64,000 bases of DNA from Schmidtea polychroa (GCA_044892525.1 CM097885.1:1240001-1304000), one strand, 5' to 3'. Shown: positions 13,439-27,773, counted from the stretch's first letter. The notes: generated by a model not told the origin, from the sequence alone. Translations and numbers: made by a program.

Positions 13439-15480
13439 ATTTCAGACTAGGTGGTATTAATTTTTGGGTTGGTTTTGGGATTTCGCTTGTGTCCATGGAT
13501 ATTTTTATTCCAACAAGGGATTTAGGTTTATTACAACTACAACATTTAGAGTTGGTAGCATTATTTTTATTTTTAGCGTTATCTGCTCCATTATCAGTTG
13601 CATTAATTACGGGTAAGTTGTCTATCAGAGCGATGGCGTTTTTGGGATCATTAGAGAATAAGGATGAGTTGGACTGAAGGTTTTCGTTAAGGATAAATTT
13701 TTCGTTTAAAGGGGAGAGTTTATAAGAAATAGGGTTTATGAAAGAATACTCAACGTCATCGGTTACAGAGTTTCTTTGTATAGAAGCCTCTATGATATCA
13801 TGAGAGTCGTTATGGCTTACTGAGTCTATGGAGATGTGAGAGTTAGTTGTTTCGACGATAGAAGTATCGTTTAATGGAGAAGGTTTGAAGTATATGGGAT
13901 TTTTTTCCATTCATTCTGTTTATCTGGTCGAGTTGCCTAAAATAAAGGTAAATATTGGAGCTATTAAAGATAATTTTATCGTAGTCTGGAGGCTTCAATG
14001 GTACAGCGTCTTTTGCCTCCTGGCTTTTGTGATATTTTTCTCTTCTTCTCCATTGAGAACCCACCGAAAAAAGAAAAAATCAAATTTTATTTTATGCAAT
14101 TAACGGGGCACATGGCCAAGAAGGGGAGATGTTATCTGTAGCTTTTAGTTCAATAGACTGGATGTTAGAGTGTAATACTCCTACATCAAAACGTGGTTTT
14201 TCCTGAAAACTTCAGTCCTATTTGGAGTCTGGGATCCATTCTGAAGCTCCTGGCATTGGCTCATTCACATTTACAGGTAAGCATCATTGAGCAGAGTAGG
14301 GATAATCATGGCTAATCACAGACTTGATCAGCCATGGCTCGTATAGATGCATCTGGCATTCATTCATTCAGGTTAGTTTATAAGGAGAGGTAGACAAGTC
14401 CATCCTCTGTCTGGTGAGTATATGTCATTGAATTCTCATTGAATTCTGAGGAGGCATTCCAAACAGATCGGACAGATTTCGCAGTTATAGTAATTGTTAG
14501 GAGAAGCAGTTAAGGCTTCTGTCTGATTAGTTTACATGCCATTATGAGCACTAAAATCTTTCGTTTAAATCTATCCTTAATAGGATAGAGTTTATAATAA
14601 ATAGGGTTTATGAAAGAATCCTCAACGTCATCGGTTACAGAGTTTCTTTGTATAGAAGCCTCTATGATATCATGAGATTCGTTATGGCTTACTGAGTCTA
14701 TGGAGATGTGAGAGTTAGTTGTTTCGACGATAGAAGTATCGTTTAATGGAGAAGGTTTGAAGGATATGGGATTTTTCATAGAGTCATTATCCATATTAGA
14801 GTGTGAAAGGTGGTTAGAGTATTTCTTTGAGATGTTGGACTCATCTTTAATGGGAGTTGAAGTAATATTTGGGAGATAGAGATTATCAAGATTAGTATTT
14901 GATGAGGCACTGCTCGATAGTTGGACATCATCGCAGTCTTCATCATCAAGATCACAGGTATTAGTTTTATTGGTAGGAGGGTTTAAGTAAAAAGGAGTAT
15001 TATTATCCGACGAAGCTTTAAGGACTGGAGTGATAGGAGTTGTAGCTGAGATTGAGAGTATTGGCCTTGACAAGGTGTTTGTTGTCAAAAAGTCTCTTGA
15101 TAATCGAGCAGATGAGATAACAGGTGTTTTTTTATGAATATTTCTATTATAATAAGATTTTGATAATTTAATATTAGAATTAGTGAATTTAAAAGATTTT
15201 AATATTTTATTTAGGCTTGAAGGTTTAATGGTATTCATCTTTTTAGGTGAATTGGGGATATCGCGGTTATGGTCTATAAAGGTGGTGATTGGTTTTGAGA
15301 AGTGGGATAAAAGATTAAAGGCTTTTTAATAGTTTTAACGTTGACGAAATTGTCAATATTTAGAGGAATGATAGGTTTAGAAGAGTGAGATCTTAAAGGA
15401 TAGAGAACTAACGGTTTTATGATAACGGGTTTATTTGAAGCAGTGGTGTTATAGGGCTTAATAAGGATAGAGTAAAGGCT
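13439..15480 (-). mobile_element. Fragments of NeSL/Utopia-like non-LTR retrotransposon family B (N-terminal ORF pieces and probable 3' end)
   Basis: 13439-14390 is near-identical to 49620-50570; ORF 14510-15238 overlaps the peptides of 47286-47603 and 49046-50092. Confidence 0.8.
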
Positions 15481-15489
15481 AACTCGTAG

Positions 15490-16550
15490 GGTATTTCAAT
15501 TTACGTTGTTCAATTTTCGTTAATTTCATCATAGGTTTCCTACCCATTTTATAATAAAAAGGAAGAACTAAATCTAAACCCATGAACTGTTGATAAGATT
15601 TAGATCCGTCAAAGTTATTTACAAGTAAAAGACCAGCAAGTTAAAAGACCAGTCAGTAAACTGCAATAATTTATTTTGAGGGAAAGTGTAAAGAGTTGTT
15701 CCTAATTGATTACGTTTACATAATATTTCATGTTTTTCCAGTGCGTGTTTGTACCTAAACCCATTCAAACACCGATGGCACCATAATGATTGTATGCGTG
15801 TAGGACAACTAGTGTTGATACCACAATTCAGTAACCTATTTAAATTACTTATAGCAACGTAATGGAAATTGTTTCCTTTATTTAATAGTAATAAATTAAT
15901 TACAGTTCCATTTAAAACTTTGGAACGATGTATAATATCTAAATGTGGATGTTTTAATACATAATTATCAGTTAATTATTTGCTATTATCATATGAAAAA
16001 ACATTAATTATTAAACCCGAATTTTTAGATTCAAATTTTTCTAATGTCTTTTAATTTCATAGGTAATTCTAACGGGTCGTATACTAAGTCTATACTATAC
16101 TAAGTATACTAGCATAACTACTAACTTCATCATATTTTAAAATAGCTAAAATGCTATATAAAACATGAATCATCAGTGTTTTTTATATTAATTAAACGAT
16201 ATTTATTTTTTAGATAAGTAGGTGTTTCAATGAAACTCCTACCACTTAATCTACTTAACATACTTATTTTTGTTATGGTGAAATGTATTTCAGTAATATT
16301 TTTTATATTCCAACTGCTTCCTAACTCAGTAATATTAGTAATTTTCTCATTTAATTCTTTAATGCCTTCATGAGATATTACTAACCTTTATTTACCCGTC
16401 TTTTTCAAATTCGTTTGTTATTCCGAATTGAATTTTGACGGAGCCTAATTCGTTAATAATATCTCGTATTTTATTATTAGTTGTTCAGGAAATATTATTT
16501 CTTTTATATTTAAGTCGCTTGTATTTAAGCTTAATATTTGATGTGTAATT
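15490..16550 (-). pseudogene. pPolB N-terminal fragment with internal deletions
   Basis: Reverse-complement match to 20090-20756 plus 23046-23600, without the hAT insertion. Confidence 0.9.
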
Positions 16551-16609
16551 TTAGCAATAATTTAGCAATGAATCAATTGGATTGACTCATGGTTTCGCGG
16601 GCTCACATC

Positions 16610-17364
16610 TCTCAACTATCCACCTGGTAGTAAAGTTGAAAAGCTGTTATTAACACACGAAGCGATGCGGATGATCTCATTGCTGTTATACTCAATAAGG
16701 AAATTGTGTGCTTAGATAGACCAATGAATATTGGACAAACCGTACTTGATTTATCTAAACTTCGCATGTACCAGTTTCAATATAAAGAACTGCAGATTAT
16801 AGAGAAGAATTCAATTGTCAAATTAATATCGTAGCCGGTGACACAGATTCCTTCTTTCTAGAGTGTAAAAATGTTGATTTACGCTTACAACTATATCCAA
16901 AAATGATTGAAGATGGACTCTTAGATACTTCAAATTATCCAGTGACTGATTCATTTTTCTCAGATAAAATTTGTTCTGTAATCGGGAAATTCAAGGATTA
17001 GAATAAAGGAAATCAATATAAAGAATGGGTGTTTCTTCGTCCCAAGTGCTACTCACTCCAAGGCGATAAAACACTCTAAAAGCCAAAGGAATAAGACTTA
17101 CAAATTCTAATATCACCCATGAAGCTTATAAAAAAAGTGTATACTGATGGTGGAACAGTGAGCATCCCATAAAAAAGAATAGGAAGTGTCAATCATCAGT
17201 TGTATACTTTCATGACAGAAAAACGAGCTCTCCAATGTTTGGACGATAAAAGGTATTGGTACAATTGTAATGAAAGCTATGCCTACGGTCACTATAAGAT
17301 TCGTCACATGCATATTGCAACTTCTATGTCTAGAAATGAATGCAAATCGAAACAAGCACTTTAA
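16610..17364 (+). pseudogene. pPolB C-terminal fragment, second family
   Basis: Peptides PPGSKVEKLLLTH, CLDRP, AGDTDSFF, WVFLRPKCYS and DDKR. Confidence 0.9.
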
Positions 17365-18019
17365 CAATTAAATTTATGTGAATAATAAAATATATATTGT
17401 GAATTATTTGACTTCGTTAATTAAAATATGTTTTATCATTTAATAATTCATTTGTCCAATTAATTTAGATAATTAGTTTTAAGTAAGAATTATTATTTAT
17501 CATGAAAAACTTTGCTTTGTTTTGAAAAATTAATGCCCATTTTATTTTAAATTAACACAGCTTTATTTTATGATAATTACTAATTAAAATTTTATTCAAA
17601 TTGAAATATTATTGTTACAATTTACACTCTTGTTAGAATATATTAAATGTAAATGTAAAATAATAAAAATAAAAAAAAATAATAATAATAAATAAAAAAA
17701 ATTAAATAAAAAAATTTAAATTAAAAAAAATAATAATAATTAGTTAAATAATTAATTAAAAATTAATTAAAAATTAATTAAAAATTAATTAAAAAAATCA
17801 GTTAAATAACGTAAGTAATTAAAATAAAATATTAATAATTAATTAATTAATTAAATGTAATAAATTGAAAATTAACTAAAGTAATTAATTAAAACAAAAA
17901 ACATAATAAAATAATTAATTAATAAATTTAAAAAAAAATTAAATAAAATGATTCGATTGACCTATATTTGATCTGGACATTGTGATGACTTGAAAGTGTC
18001 CTGGAGTCCTCACTATATA

Positions 18020-18522
18020 GTACAACAGTTTATACGGTAAAACTGTGGAAAACTTGAAAAAAACGTATAAATTTGAGATTATGCAACAAAAGCAAAAGAT
18101 TGATAACTTATTGTAGTCATCCTATGTTTCGTCGTAGCATCAAGATTGCGGATGATCACATTGCTGTTATACTCAATAAGGAATATGTGTGCTTAGATAG
18201 ACCAATGTATATTGGACAAACCATACTTGATTTATCTAAACTTCGCATGTACCAGTTTCAATATAAAGAACTACAGAGTTATAGAGAAAATTCAATTGTC
18301 AAATTAATATCGTAGCCGGTGACACAGATTCCTTCTTTCTAGAGTGTAAAAATGTAGATTTACGCTTACAACTGTATCCAAAAATGATTGAAGATGGGCT
18401 CTTAGATACTTCAAATTATCCAGTGACCGATCCGTTGTTCTCTGATGAAATTTATTCTGTAATCGGGAAAGTTAAGGATGAGAATAAAGGAAATCAATAT
18501 AAAGAATGGTGTTTCTTCGACC
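18020..18522 (+). pseudogene. pPolB fragment, second family
   Basis: Peptides NSLYGKTVEN, LDRPMYIGQTILDLSKLRMY and AGDTDSFF. Confidence 0.9.
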
Positions 18523-20756
18523 CATCAGTTAAATTTTAAATAAAAATTAATTTTTTTTTAATGACTGTTAGGTTAATAATTAAGTAATTGGTTTAATTTT
18601 AGAAGACTTTGAAATGCATTTGACTAAATAATTTTTTTCAATAATTTTCTAAGAATATTTACACATTGATGAACTTTTTTAAAAAAACATAAGGTAAGAA
18701 ACCAGTTAACCTTATCAAGAACTTTAAATTTACTTGATAATTTACAGAAATAATATACAAATTTTAATTTACAGAAATAATTTACAAAATAATAATACAG
18801 AAATTTATGATTAAGTTTGCTTTTATGAACAATCAATATATATCATCTCCAGTTAGGTATTTGATAGGTGAAATATTTGTAGTAAATAATAAGTTTATTA
18901 TGTCTTTGTTACATAACTCGACTTTAGCGTCAAAATGTGTTTTTAAAATAAATTTTAATTTTAAAATACCGCAATGTAATATATTAATTTTTTCCTACCC
19001 TTCCTTGATTTTGATTGGTTAGAATTTGTTCCTATAAACAATAATAATCTATAAACAATAATAATCTATAAACAATAATCAATCATTAGTCACATTTAAC
19101 AAATAATTAACCTTTAAAAATGAATTCTTTAATAGAAAACGTTATGAATGTTCGAGAAAAAATTCAGGAATTTGGTAAAATTTAATTTATTTATTAATTA
19201 ATTTATTAATTAATTTAGATAATATTAATGAAGACAATTTAAAATCGAAGATTAAAGGAAATTTGAAAAGAAAAAGTAAACATAATTTTTAATTTATTAA
19301 TTTAATTAATTAATAATTTAGGTAATACGAATAAAGAGAAAAAATATGTCAATGTGTCAATAAATCGAAATGAAAATTTACAATGTAAGTTTTGATTACA
19401 TTTTATAATTTAAAGGAAATTTAATATAATTTTTTATTTAAGTAAATGTTAATATTTTTAATTTAGTAAATTTTTATTTTTTAGTAAATAAAATTTGTAA
19501 AATAATAATAATTTGCAAATTTTTGCGTAAACATTTATTAAAATCTTTCATTTAAATTATATATTTTTAATAAATTTTTATTTTATAGGTATACTTTATC
19601 CAAATTATTGTTCATCGAAAAAACATGATAATAATTGCCATTCTATAATGGAGAATTACTACACGAAAAAATATTATAATAAAACTTATTTTATATGTCC
19701 CGTATGTAAGACTAGTGACCCTGTAACATATAGCGTTTTTTATAATAAACATAAAAATCATTTAGATAGGTTTAATTTTAAAAAAGATAGTGTTTTTAAA
19801 AGACCCTCAACTATAGAAAAAAATAATACAAATAAAAAAATTAAATTAGATACTTCTTCTTTTGAATCCCAGGTCGGATTAGAGGTTGAATCCCAGGCTG
19901 GATTGTCTTTTGTTGAATCCAATGATGGATTGGTTGTTGAATCCCAGGACGGATTGTCTTTTGTTGAATGCCACGTCGGATTGGTTGTTGAATCCAATGA
20001 TGAATTATTCACTTCCTTTGATTCTTGGGATGGATTTAATATAATACAAATAGGTGGAAATGTATCGACAGTACAAAGAGATTTAAGAGGTACCCATCAA
20101 ATATTAAGCTTAAATACAGCGACTTAAATATAAAAGAAGTAATATTTCCTGAACAACTAATAATAAAATTACGAGATATTATTAACGAATAAGGCTCCGT
20201 CAAAATTCAATTCGGAATAATAATCGAATTTGAAAAAGACGGGGAAATAAAGGTTAATAATATCTCAAATTATGCAAAGCCTTTAACTGCATCATTTTTT
20301 GATCAAGGCATTAAGGAACTAAATGAGAAAATTACTAATATTACTGAGTTAGGAAGCAGTTGGAATATAAAAAATATTACTGAAATACATTTCACCATAA
20401 CAAAAATAAGTAGGTTAAGTTGATTAAGTGGTAGGAGTTTCATTGAAACACCTACTTATCTAAAAAATAAATATTGTTTAATTAATATAAAAAACACTGA
20501 TGATTCATGTTTTTTATATAGCATTTTAGCTATTTTAAAATATGATGAAGTTAGTAGTTATGCTAGAAATAGGACATCGAGTTATAATTTATCTGACTTA
20601 GTATACGACCCGTTAGAATTACCTATGAAATTAAAAGACATTAGGAAATTTGAATCTAAAAATTCGGGTTTAATAATTAATGTTTTTTCATATGATAATA
20701 GCAAACAATTAACTGATAATTATGTATTAAAACATTCACATTTAGATATTATACAT

Positions 20757-23037
20757 CAGGGGTGCCCACTAATATTTCTAGGAGTGCTACATTCACATCC
20801 AAAATGTGTATGCGATCTACGTTTTTAATACTTACATAATATTTACCTACAATGCAATAAATTCATCACAATAGAACAAATATATGTCAAAATATGGAAA
20901 ATTAAACTATGTAACTATTTATTATAAAAAAATGTAACTTAGGAAATCAAATTTAATGAAAATTATTGTTATATAGAACTTTTCGATGTTGATGCTCTAC
21001 ATTGGGTTGAATCCACTAGATTTTTGTAGTTTGGGATATAAGTGCTAAGACAACTTCTTAGGCTGGATTCCAAATGGTCATCTGTTAATGTTGCTCGGTA
21101 CTTTGACTTAATAATTTTCATATGTGAAAATGCAGACTCACATAAATAAGTTGAACCAAAAAAAGATACTAAATTTTCGAAGCATTTTTTCAAGTTTGAA
21201 TATTTATCCTCTGATAGATATTTCCATACATTTGGTTCGGAAGATCTTGATTTAATGAAGATATCATTTTGAAGTGTGATTATTTCCATTTCAAGTATAG
21301 GGATATCCATTTTAAACAAAGTTGAAATTGAATCTGCAACAATTTCTGGCTTTATTTTTGGATTAAACGGAAAGGACATAAATGCAGCCACAATTTCAAG
21401 TTTCTTGAAGTCTTGAAAACGTCTCTCGAACTCTAAAACCAAAATTTTGATCTGTTCGGCATATCTCGTAATATTAAAGTTGACATTTTCAGATTCTTTT
21501 AATTGTGACAAATTATTTGGAAAATAACTTAAATTTTTGTCTTTTAATTTTGGTAATAAGTAAATGAAGCTTTTGTATAAATGCAATGATTGAACTTATC
21601 ATATCGAATATCAATTTATCCTTACGATGTAAGTCGAGATTTAATTCATTCAGAATTGCAGTAATATCTACTAAAAATGCCAAATCCAAGAGCCAAACAT
21701 CATCTTCCAATTGCTTGAACTCATCACCTCTTGGGGCAAGGAACAACTTAATCTCAGAAAGCAAATCTCTAAATCTTTGTAAGAATTTTCCTCTACTTAG
21801 CCACCTTACATCTGAATGCATCAGTAATTCAGCAGGACCTTCGCTATTACTTTCTTCAATTTGTAATTTGAAAAGTCGTCTCTGAAGACTTCTTGCACGA
21901 ATCGAGTTAGCAATTTTGAATGTTATTTCCATAATATCTCTCATATTCAGAATTTTAGCACACACGGCTTGTTGATGAATAATACAGTTGTAGGAAAGAA
22001 AATCTGGGAATTCACAATCATTCCTACAATATGCTATAAATCCGTTGTGACGCCCTGTCATAGCTGGTGCGCCATCTGTTGTTATTGATACAAGCTTACA
22101 AATTTGGAGCTGAATGCTGTTGGCATAAGCTTTAAAATTCTGAAATATATCCTCACCTCGAGTTTTACTTTTGAGTGGTATAATTGTTAATAATTCTTCC
22201 TTCGTAGAAAAATCTTTAAAGACCATTCGAATAAAAATTATAAGCTGCGAAATATCAGCCGCATCAGTTGATTCGTCTGCTTGCAATGAAAATGCAGTAC
22301 AATTTCCTATGTCTAACATTAACTGATATTTTAAATTGGTACTTATTTCTTGGACTCTTCGTGTAACTGTATTACGGGACAATTGCATATCAGTAATAGC
22401 AGAAATTATATCTGATTTATTTTTAAAATCACAAAATAATGATTCTGCCGCTTCTAAAAATGCTTCTTTTACAATTACTCCATCACTAAAAGATTTCTTA
22501 TTTTTTGCCAGAATGTAGCTTACTCGGAAAGATGCAGCTGTAGCTGACTTTGATTTGGATGCTAGCTTCGTAAAAAATGACTGTTGAAAAAAAATGCATG
22601 TTTTCAGTTCCATGATTTTAGACTTGCGTAGTTCACTGTCAAGTGGATAATCAACTGCAAAATTCTTATGAATTGTCTTGAAATGCCTTTCCAAATTCCC
22701 TCTTTTTGGTAATGAAATAGTAGCTTTACAAATTAAGCAACAACATTTACCTTTAATCATTACAAAAAAGTACTCCTTCTCCATTTCTTCGCTATAATGA
22801 TAAGTCTTGGCTTTTCTATTTAGCATTTTTTATTTAGCATTTTTAAACAAAATTAATTTAACAAAAAAGCTTAAGAAAATTTTTCACTTTGTTACACAAA
22901 AATTTAAGCATAAAACAGAAATTTTATATAAAATCTAAATTTATATAAAAAATATTTAAAAAATATTTATGAAGATCTACTAAAAAATCCTTCGCGATCT
23001 ACCGGCTAGATCGCGATCGAACTTATGGGCACCCCTG
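20757..23037 (-). mobile_element. Buster-type hAT DNA transposon (2281 bp) inserted in pPolB
   Basis: Perfect 12-bp TIR CAGGGGTGCCCA; 8-bp TSD TTATACAT (20749-20756 and 23038-23045). The empty site is present in the other pPolB copies. Confidence 0.97.
20969..22826 (-). pseudogene. hAT transposase (GTF2IRD2/EPM2AIP1-like), one frameshift near 21550
   Basis: BED-like CLIC...HFKTIH, QADES, TTDGAPAM, CIIH, VRWLSRG and STYLCESAFS motifs spread over two overlapping ORFs. Confidence 0.95.
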
Positions 23038-26000
23038 TTATACATCGTTCCTAAGTTTTAAATGGAACTGTAATTAATTTACTACTATTAAATAAAGGAA
23101 ACAATTTCCATTACGTTGCTATAAGTAATTTAAATAGGTTACTGAATTGTGGTATCAACACTAGTTGTCCTACACGCATACGTTCATTATGGTGCCATCG
23201 GTGTTTGAATGGGTTTAGGTATAAACACGCACTGGAAAAACATGAAATATTATGTAAACGTAATCAATTAGGAACAACTCTTTACACTTTCCCTCAAAAT
23301 AAATTATTGCAGTTTACTGACTGGTCGAAAACAGTAACTCCTCCTTTTGTAGTTGATGCCGATTTTGAGGCTATTTTACCTTCTGATAATGTTCATTTCC
23401 AACGACACATGCCAATATCTGCTGGTCTTTTACTTGTAAATAACTTTGACGGATCTAAATCTTATCAACAGTTCATAGGTTTAGATTGCGTCGAGAGTTT
23501 TTTAAGTGCTATAGAGGATATAGCATTAAATAAGTTTCTTCCTTTTTATTATAAAATGGGTAGGAAACCTATGATTAAATTAACGAAAATTGAACAACGT
23601 CAATTTGTTAGTGCATCTGTTTTTTATCTTTGTATGAAATCTATCGTTGATCCTGTTAGAGATCACGATCATTTTACGGGGAAATACTTGGGTGCAGCTT
23701 GTAGCACATGTAACAAAAATAAGAAAATAAATAAAATTTTGCCTATCGTATTTCACAACTTGAAGGGATACGATATGCATCATATACTTAAATACGGATT
23801 AAATAAATTTAAAAATTGGACTTTAGGTTGCATCCCAATAACGACTGAAAAATTTATATCTTTGATTGCGCATTTAGGCAAAAGAATTGATTCTTATCAA
23901 TTCATTGATTCTTATTAATTTGTTAATGATTCTTTAGCTAAAGCAGTCAAAACTTTGAATTCTTAGCTTTTTACTAATTCTGTTTTTTCTGGTACTATAG
24001 TTTCTGAAAAAGGAATCTTCCCTTATAATTTCGCTACATCTTTAGATATTCTCCAAACTACTTATGAATTACCACCAATCTGGGAGGGTGTTACTGTGCT
24101 TTAGTATGAAAAAGCTCAGGAGATTTGGGTAGAAACTATTTGCCTAATTTTATTAGATTATATGATGATCTACTTAAAACTTGATTGTTTTCTTTTGGCT
24201 GATTTCTTTCATCAGTTTCGGTTGAAATCTATTGCTCACAATAGATTGGAACCATTGAATTATTTCGGAATTCCAGGTATGTCTTGGTCTTCTGCATTAA
24301 TGTCTTTAAATGAACCAATTGAGCTCATAACTGAAAACGAAATGTTTAGCTTTTATGAGGGTGGAATAAGAGGCGGTATTACTTTTGTGAATTAGCATTA
24401 CGTAAAAACCGATGAGAACACCGAGTTACTTTATATAGATATTAATAATCTTTATGGTTGGGCTTTAAGTCAATCATTACCTTGTGGTGAATTTAGTTGG
24501 GTTCTTGATGGATTTGATTTAATAATGGATGAAAGTAGGAATTTAAATCTTGATTCTTTGTCTTATGGATACACTCTTGAAGTTGATCTTGTAATTTCTT
24601 CTGAGCTAAATGAGAAGTTGGATAATTTCCCTGAAGCTGCTGAAATATTGGGCATGTAAGATTAAGTGAATTAAATATTGGAGAAAATGTTGGAGAAATT
24701 GTTGGAGAAAATGTTGGAGAAATTGTTGGAGATGAATTTGATGAAAATGTTGGAGAAGATTTTGGAGAAGATGATATCGATATCGATGACGTTATTTTGT
24801 CTGATGAGGACTAATTTTATTAAATAAAAGTTTATATATATACATTTGTTATTTTTTTGGTAAATATTTATGTTTTTTATGTGTCTAGTTAATGTTTATA
24901 TGTTTTGTTATGTGTCTAGTTATTTTTATGTGTTGTATAATATTTGGTTGATATATTATTATTATTATTTTTATTATTATTTCATAAACATTTCCATTAA
25001 AAATTACCATTGAAAAATATTTCATTAAAATTTCTATTAAAAATTATTCATAAAATGTTATTTCATAAAAACTTTCATTAAAAAATTTCAATTGTTAATA
25101 AATTTAAAAATCTTACTTTAATTTACTTATTTAACTTTAATTTTTTACCATTGATTACTTAATTTTAAAATTTGGACCTTAATTAATTTTAATTTAATTT
25201 TTTAGAACCTTAATTTAGTTATTTCTGCCGATGAGAACACCGAGTTACTTTATATAGATATTAATAATCTTTATGGTTGGGCTTTAAGTCAATCATTACC
25301 TTGTGGTGAATTTAGTTGGGTTCTTGATGGATTTGATTTAATAATGGATGAATGTAGGAATTTAAATCTTGATTCTTTGTCTTATGGATACACTCTTGAA
25401 GTTGATCTTGTAATTCCTTCTGAGCTTCATGATAAGTTGGATGATTTCCCTGTAGCAGCTGAAAAAATGAAACCTGCTGGGTCTAAGGTTAAAAAATTAT
25501 TATTAACTCATCTTCCAAAATCTAATTATGTGATTCATTGGAGATTATTAAAATTATATTTGGAACTTGGTGTTAAAGTAACACGTGTAAATAGGGGTGT
25601 AAGATTTAAGCAATCTCCAATTTTTAAAAAATATATAGATACAAATACAGAATTAAGGTCAAAAAGCATAAATAATTTAGATAAAAATTATTATAAATTG
25701 TTAAATAACAGTTTATACGGCAAAACAGTTGAAAATTTAAAAAGAAGAATGAATCTTCGTCTTTGTACAACTGCCGGTAAATAAGTAACATATTCTTCAA
25801 AGCCGACTTTTAAAAAACTATTAAAATAGATGATAATTTAATTGCGGCATTAGTGAATTCAGATTCTATATGTTTAGATAGACCAAGTTACATTGGTCAA
25901 TCTGTACTTGATCTATCTAAACTTAGAATGTATGAATTACAATATATTATATTGAATATAAGGATCTAGAATCATTTCGCAATGAGTTTAATAATAAAAT

Positions 26001-26658
26001 TAATATCGTTGCAGGTGATACAGATTCTTTTTTCCTCGAAGTCATTAACTGTAAACTTGAGGTTCTTTTACCTGCAATGATTCGAGATAATTTATTAGAT
26101 ACTTCCAATTACAATAGTTGTCATTCCTTATATAGTAAGAACTTTGATTCAGTCATTGGAAAGTTCAAAGACGAGAATAAAGGTCTTAAATATAAGGAAT
26201 GGGTTTTTCTTAGACCTAAATGTTATAGCTTGTTGGGTGATGAGGAAACAAAAAAGGCTAAAGGTGTAACATTGAAAGGTAGTGACATAAAACATCAGTC
26301 ATACCTGGATTGTTATAACACTAACCAGATTTTTTCGGTTCCTCAGACTAAAATAACAAGCAAAAATCATCAAATTTTTACAATTAAAAATACTAAAATA
26401 GCACTAACTAACAAAGATGACAAAAGGGTTTGGGTGGGAAAAAATACTAGTCTTGCATATAGGCATGTAAGATTAAGTGAATTAAATATTAGAGAAAATG
26501 TTGGAGAAATTGTTGGAGAAAATGTTGGAGAAATTGTTGGAGATGAATTTGATGAAAATGTTGGAAAAGATGAGGAAGAATTTATTGAAGATGTTGGAGA
26601 AGATTTTGGAGAAGATGATATCGATATCGATGACGTTATTTTGTCTGATGAGGACTAA

Positions 26659-27773
26659 TTTTATTAAATAAAAGTTTATATATATACATTTGTTATTTTT
26701 TTGGTAAATATTTATGTTTTTTATGTGTCTAGTTAATGTTTATATGTTTTGTTATGTGTCTAGTTATTTTTATGTGTTTAGTTAATTTTTTATGTGTTGT
26801 ATAGTATTTGGTTGATATATTATTATTATTATTTTTATTATTATTTCATAAACATTTCCATTAAAAATTACCATTGAAAAATATTTCATTAAAATTTCTA
26901 TTAAAAATTATTCATAAAAGGTTATTTCATAAAAACTTTCATTAAAAAATTTCAATTGTTAATAAATTTAAAAATCTTACTTTAATTTACTTATTTAACT
27001 TTAATTTTTTACCATTGATTACTTAATTTTAAAATTTGGACCTTAATTAACTTTAATTTAATTTTTTAGAACCTTAATTTAGTTATTTGTGCCCATTCAT
27101 TACTTTAATTTAAAATTTTGGACCTTGATTTACTTTATTTTAATTTTTTAGAACCATTATTTACTTTAATTTAAAAATTTGAACCTTACTTTACTTAGTT
27201 GAGCCCTTAATTAACTTTAATTTTAAATTTTGAACCATTATTTACTTTAATTTAAAAATTTGAACCTTAATTTAGTTATTTGAGCCTATTCATTACTTTA
27301 ATTCAAAAATCTTAGCCCATAATTTACTTTAATTCAAAAAAATCTGAACCTTGATTTACTTAAATTTAATTTTTTAGACCCATCATTTACTTTATTTTTA
27401 AAATTTAGACCCATAATTTGCTTTATTTTAAAAATATACTATGCGTTTTTAATGTAAACCACCTTTTCTATTGAAATTCTCATGACCAAGGAGACCCCTT
27501 CACTGTAGTCTGAAAAATCCATGCTTTTTTATTGAAGACTACCTTTTTCTATTGAAATTCTCAGGACCAAGGAGACCCACCCAAATAATATTTATACTTG
27601 GCTTGTTTATTGAAAAAAAATTTTTTGTATTTTAAATCCCAGAAAAAATACATTGGAGCGTACGGCAACAATTATGTATTCAAAAAATGTCTACGGCAAA
27701 AATTATGCAATCAAAAGTTTGCAACATTTTTACCCCCCCCCCTATTTCTCCCGCGGGCCCCTAACTACCTATT
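26659..27773. repeat. Right terminal region of the pPolB element, ending ...GCGGGCCCCTAACTACCTATT
   Basis: Reverse complement of 62960-63912; subterminal AT-rich repeats are shared in inverted orientation with 40710-41270. Confidence 0.85.

Larger units (their letters stand above)
19120..26658 (+). pseudogene. Full-length Polinton/Maverick-type protein-primed DNA polymerase B gene; spliced 5' end; disrupted by a hAT insertion, an internal duplication and stop codons
   Basis: Ordered motifs: CPVCK..H, INIKNTDDSCFLYS, exonuclease DADFEA, endonuclease-VII-like DHDHFTGKYLGAACSTCN, FHNLKGYDMH, YIDINNLYGWALS, KLLNNSLYGK, AGDTDSFF, LRPKCYS, DDKR, acidic tail. About 820 bp are duplicated (24409 recurs at 25228). 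Confidence 0.95.
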
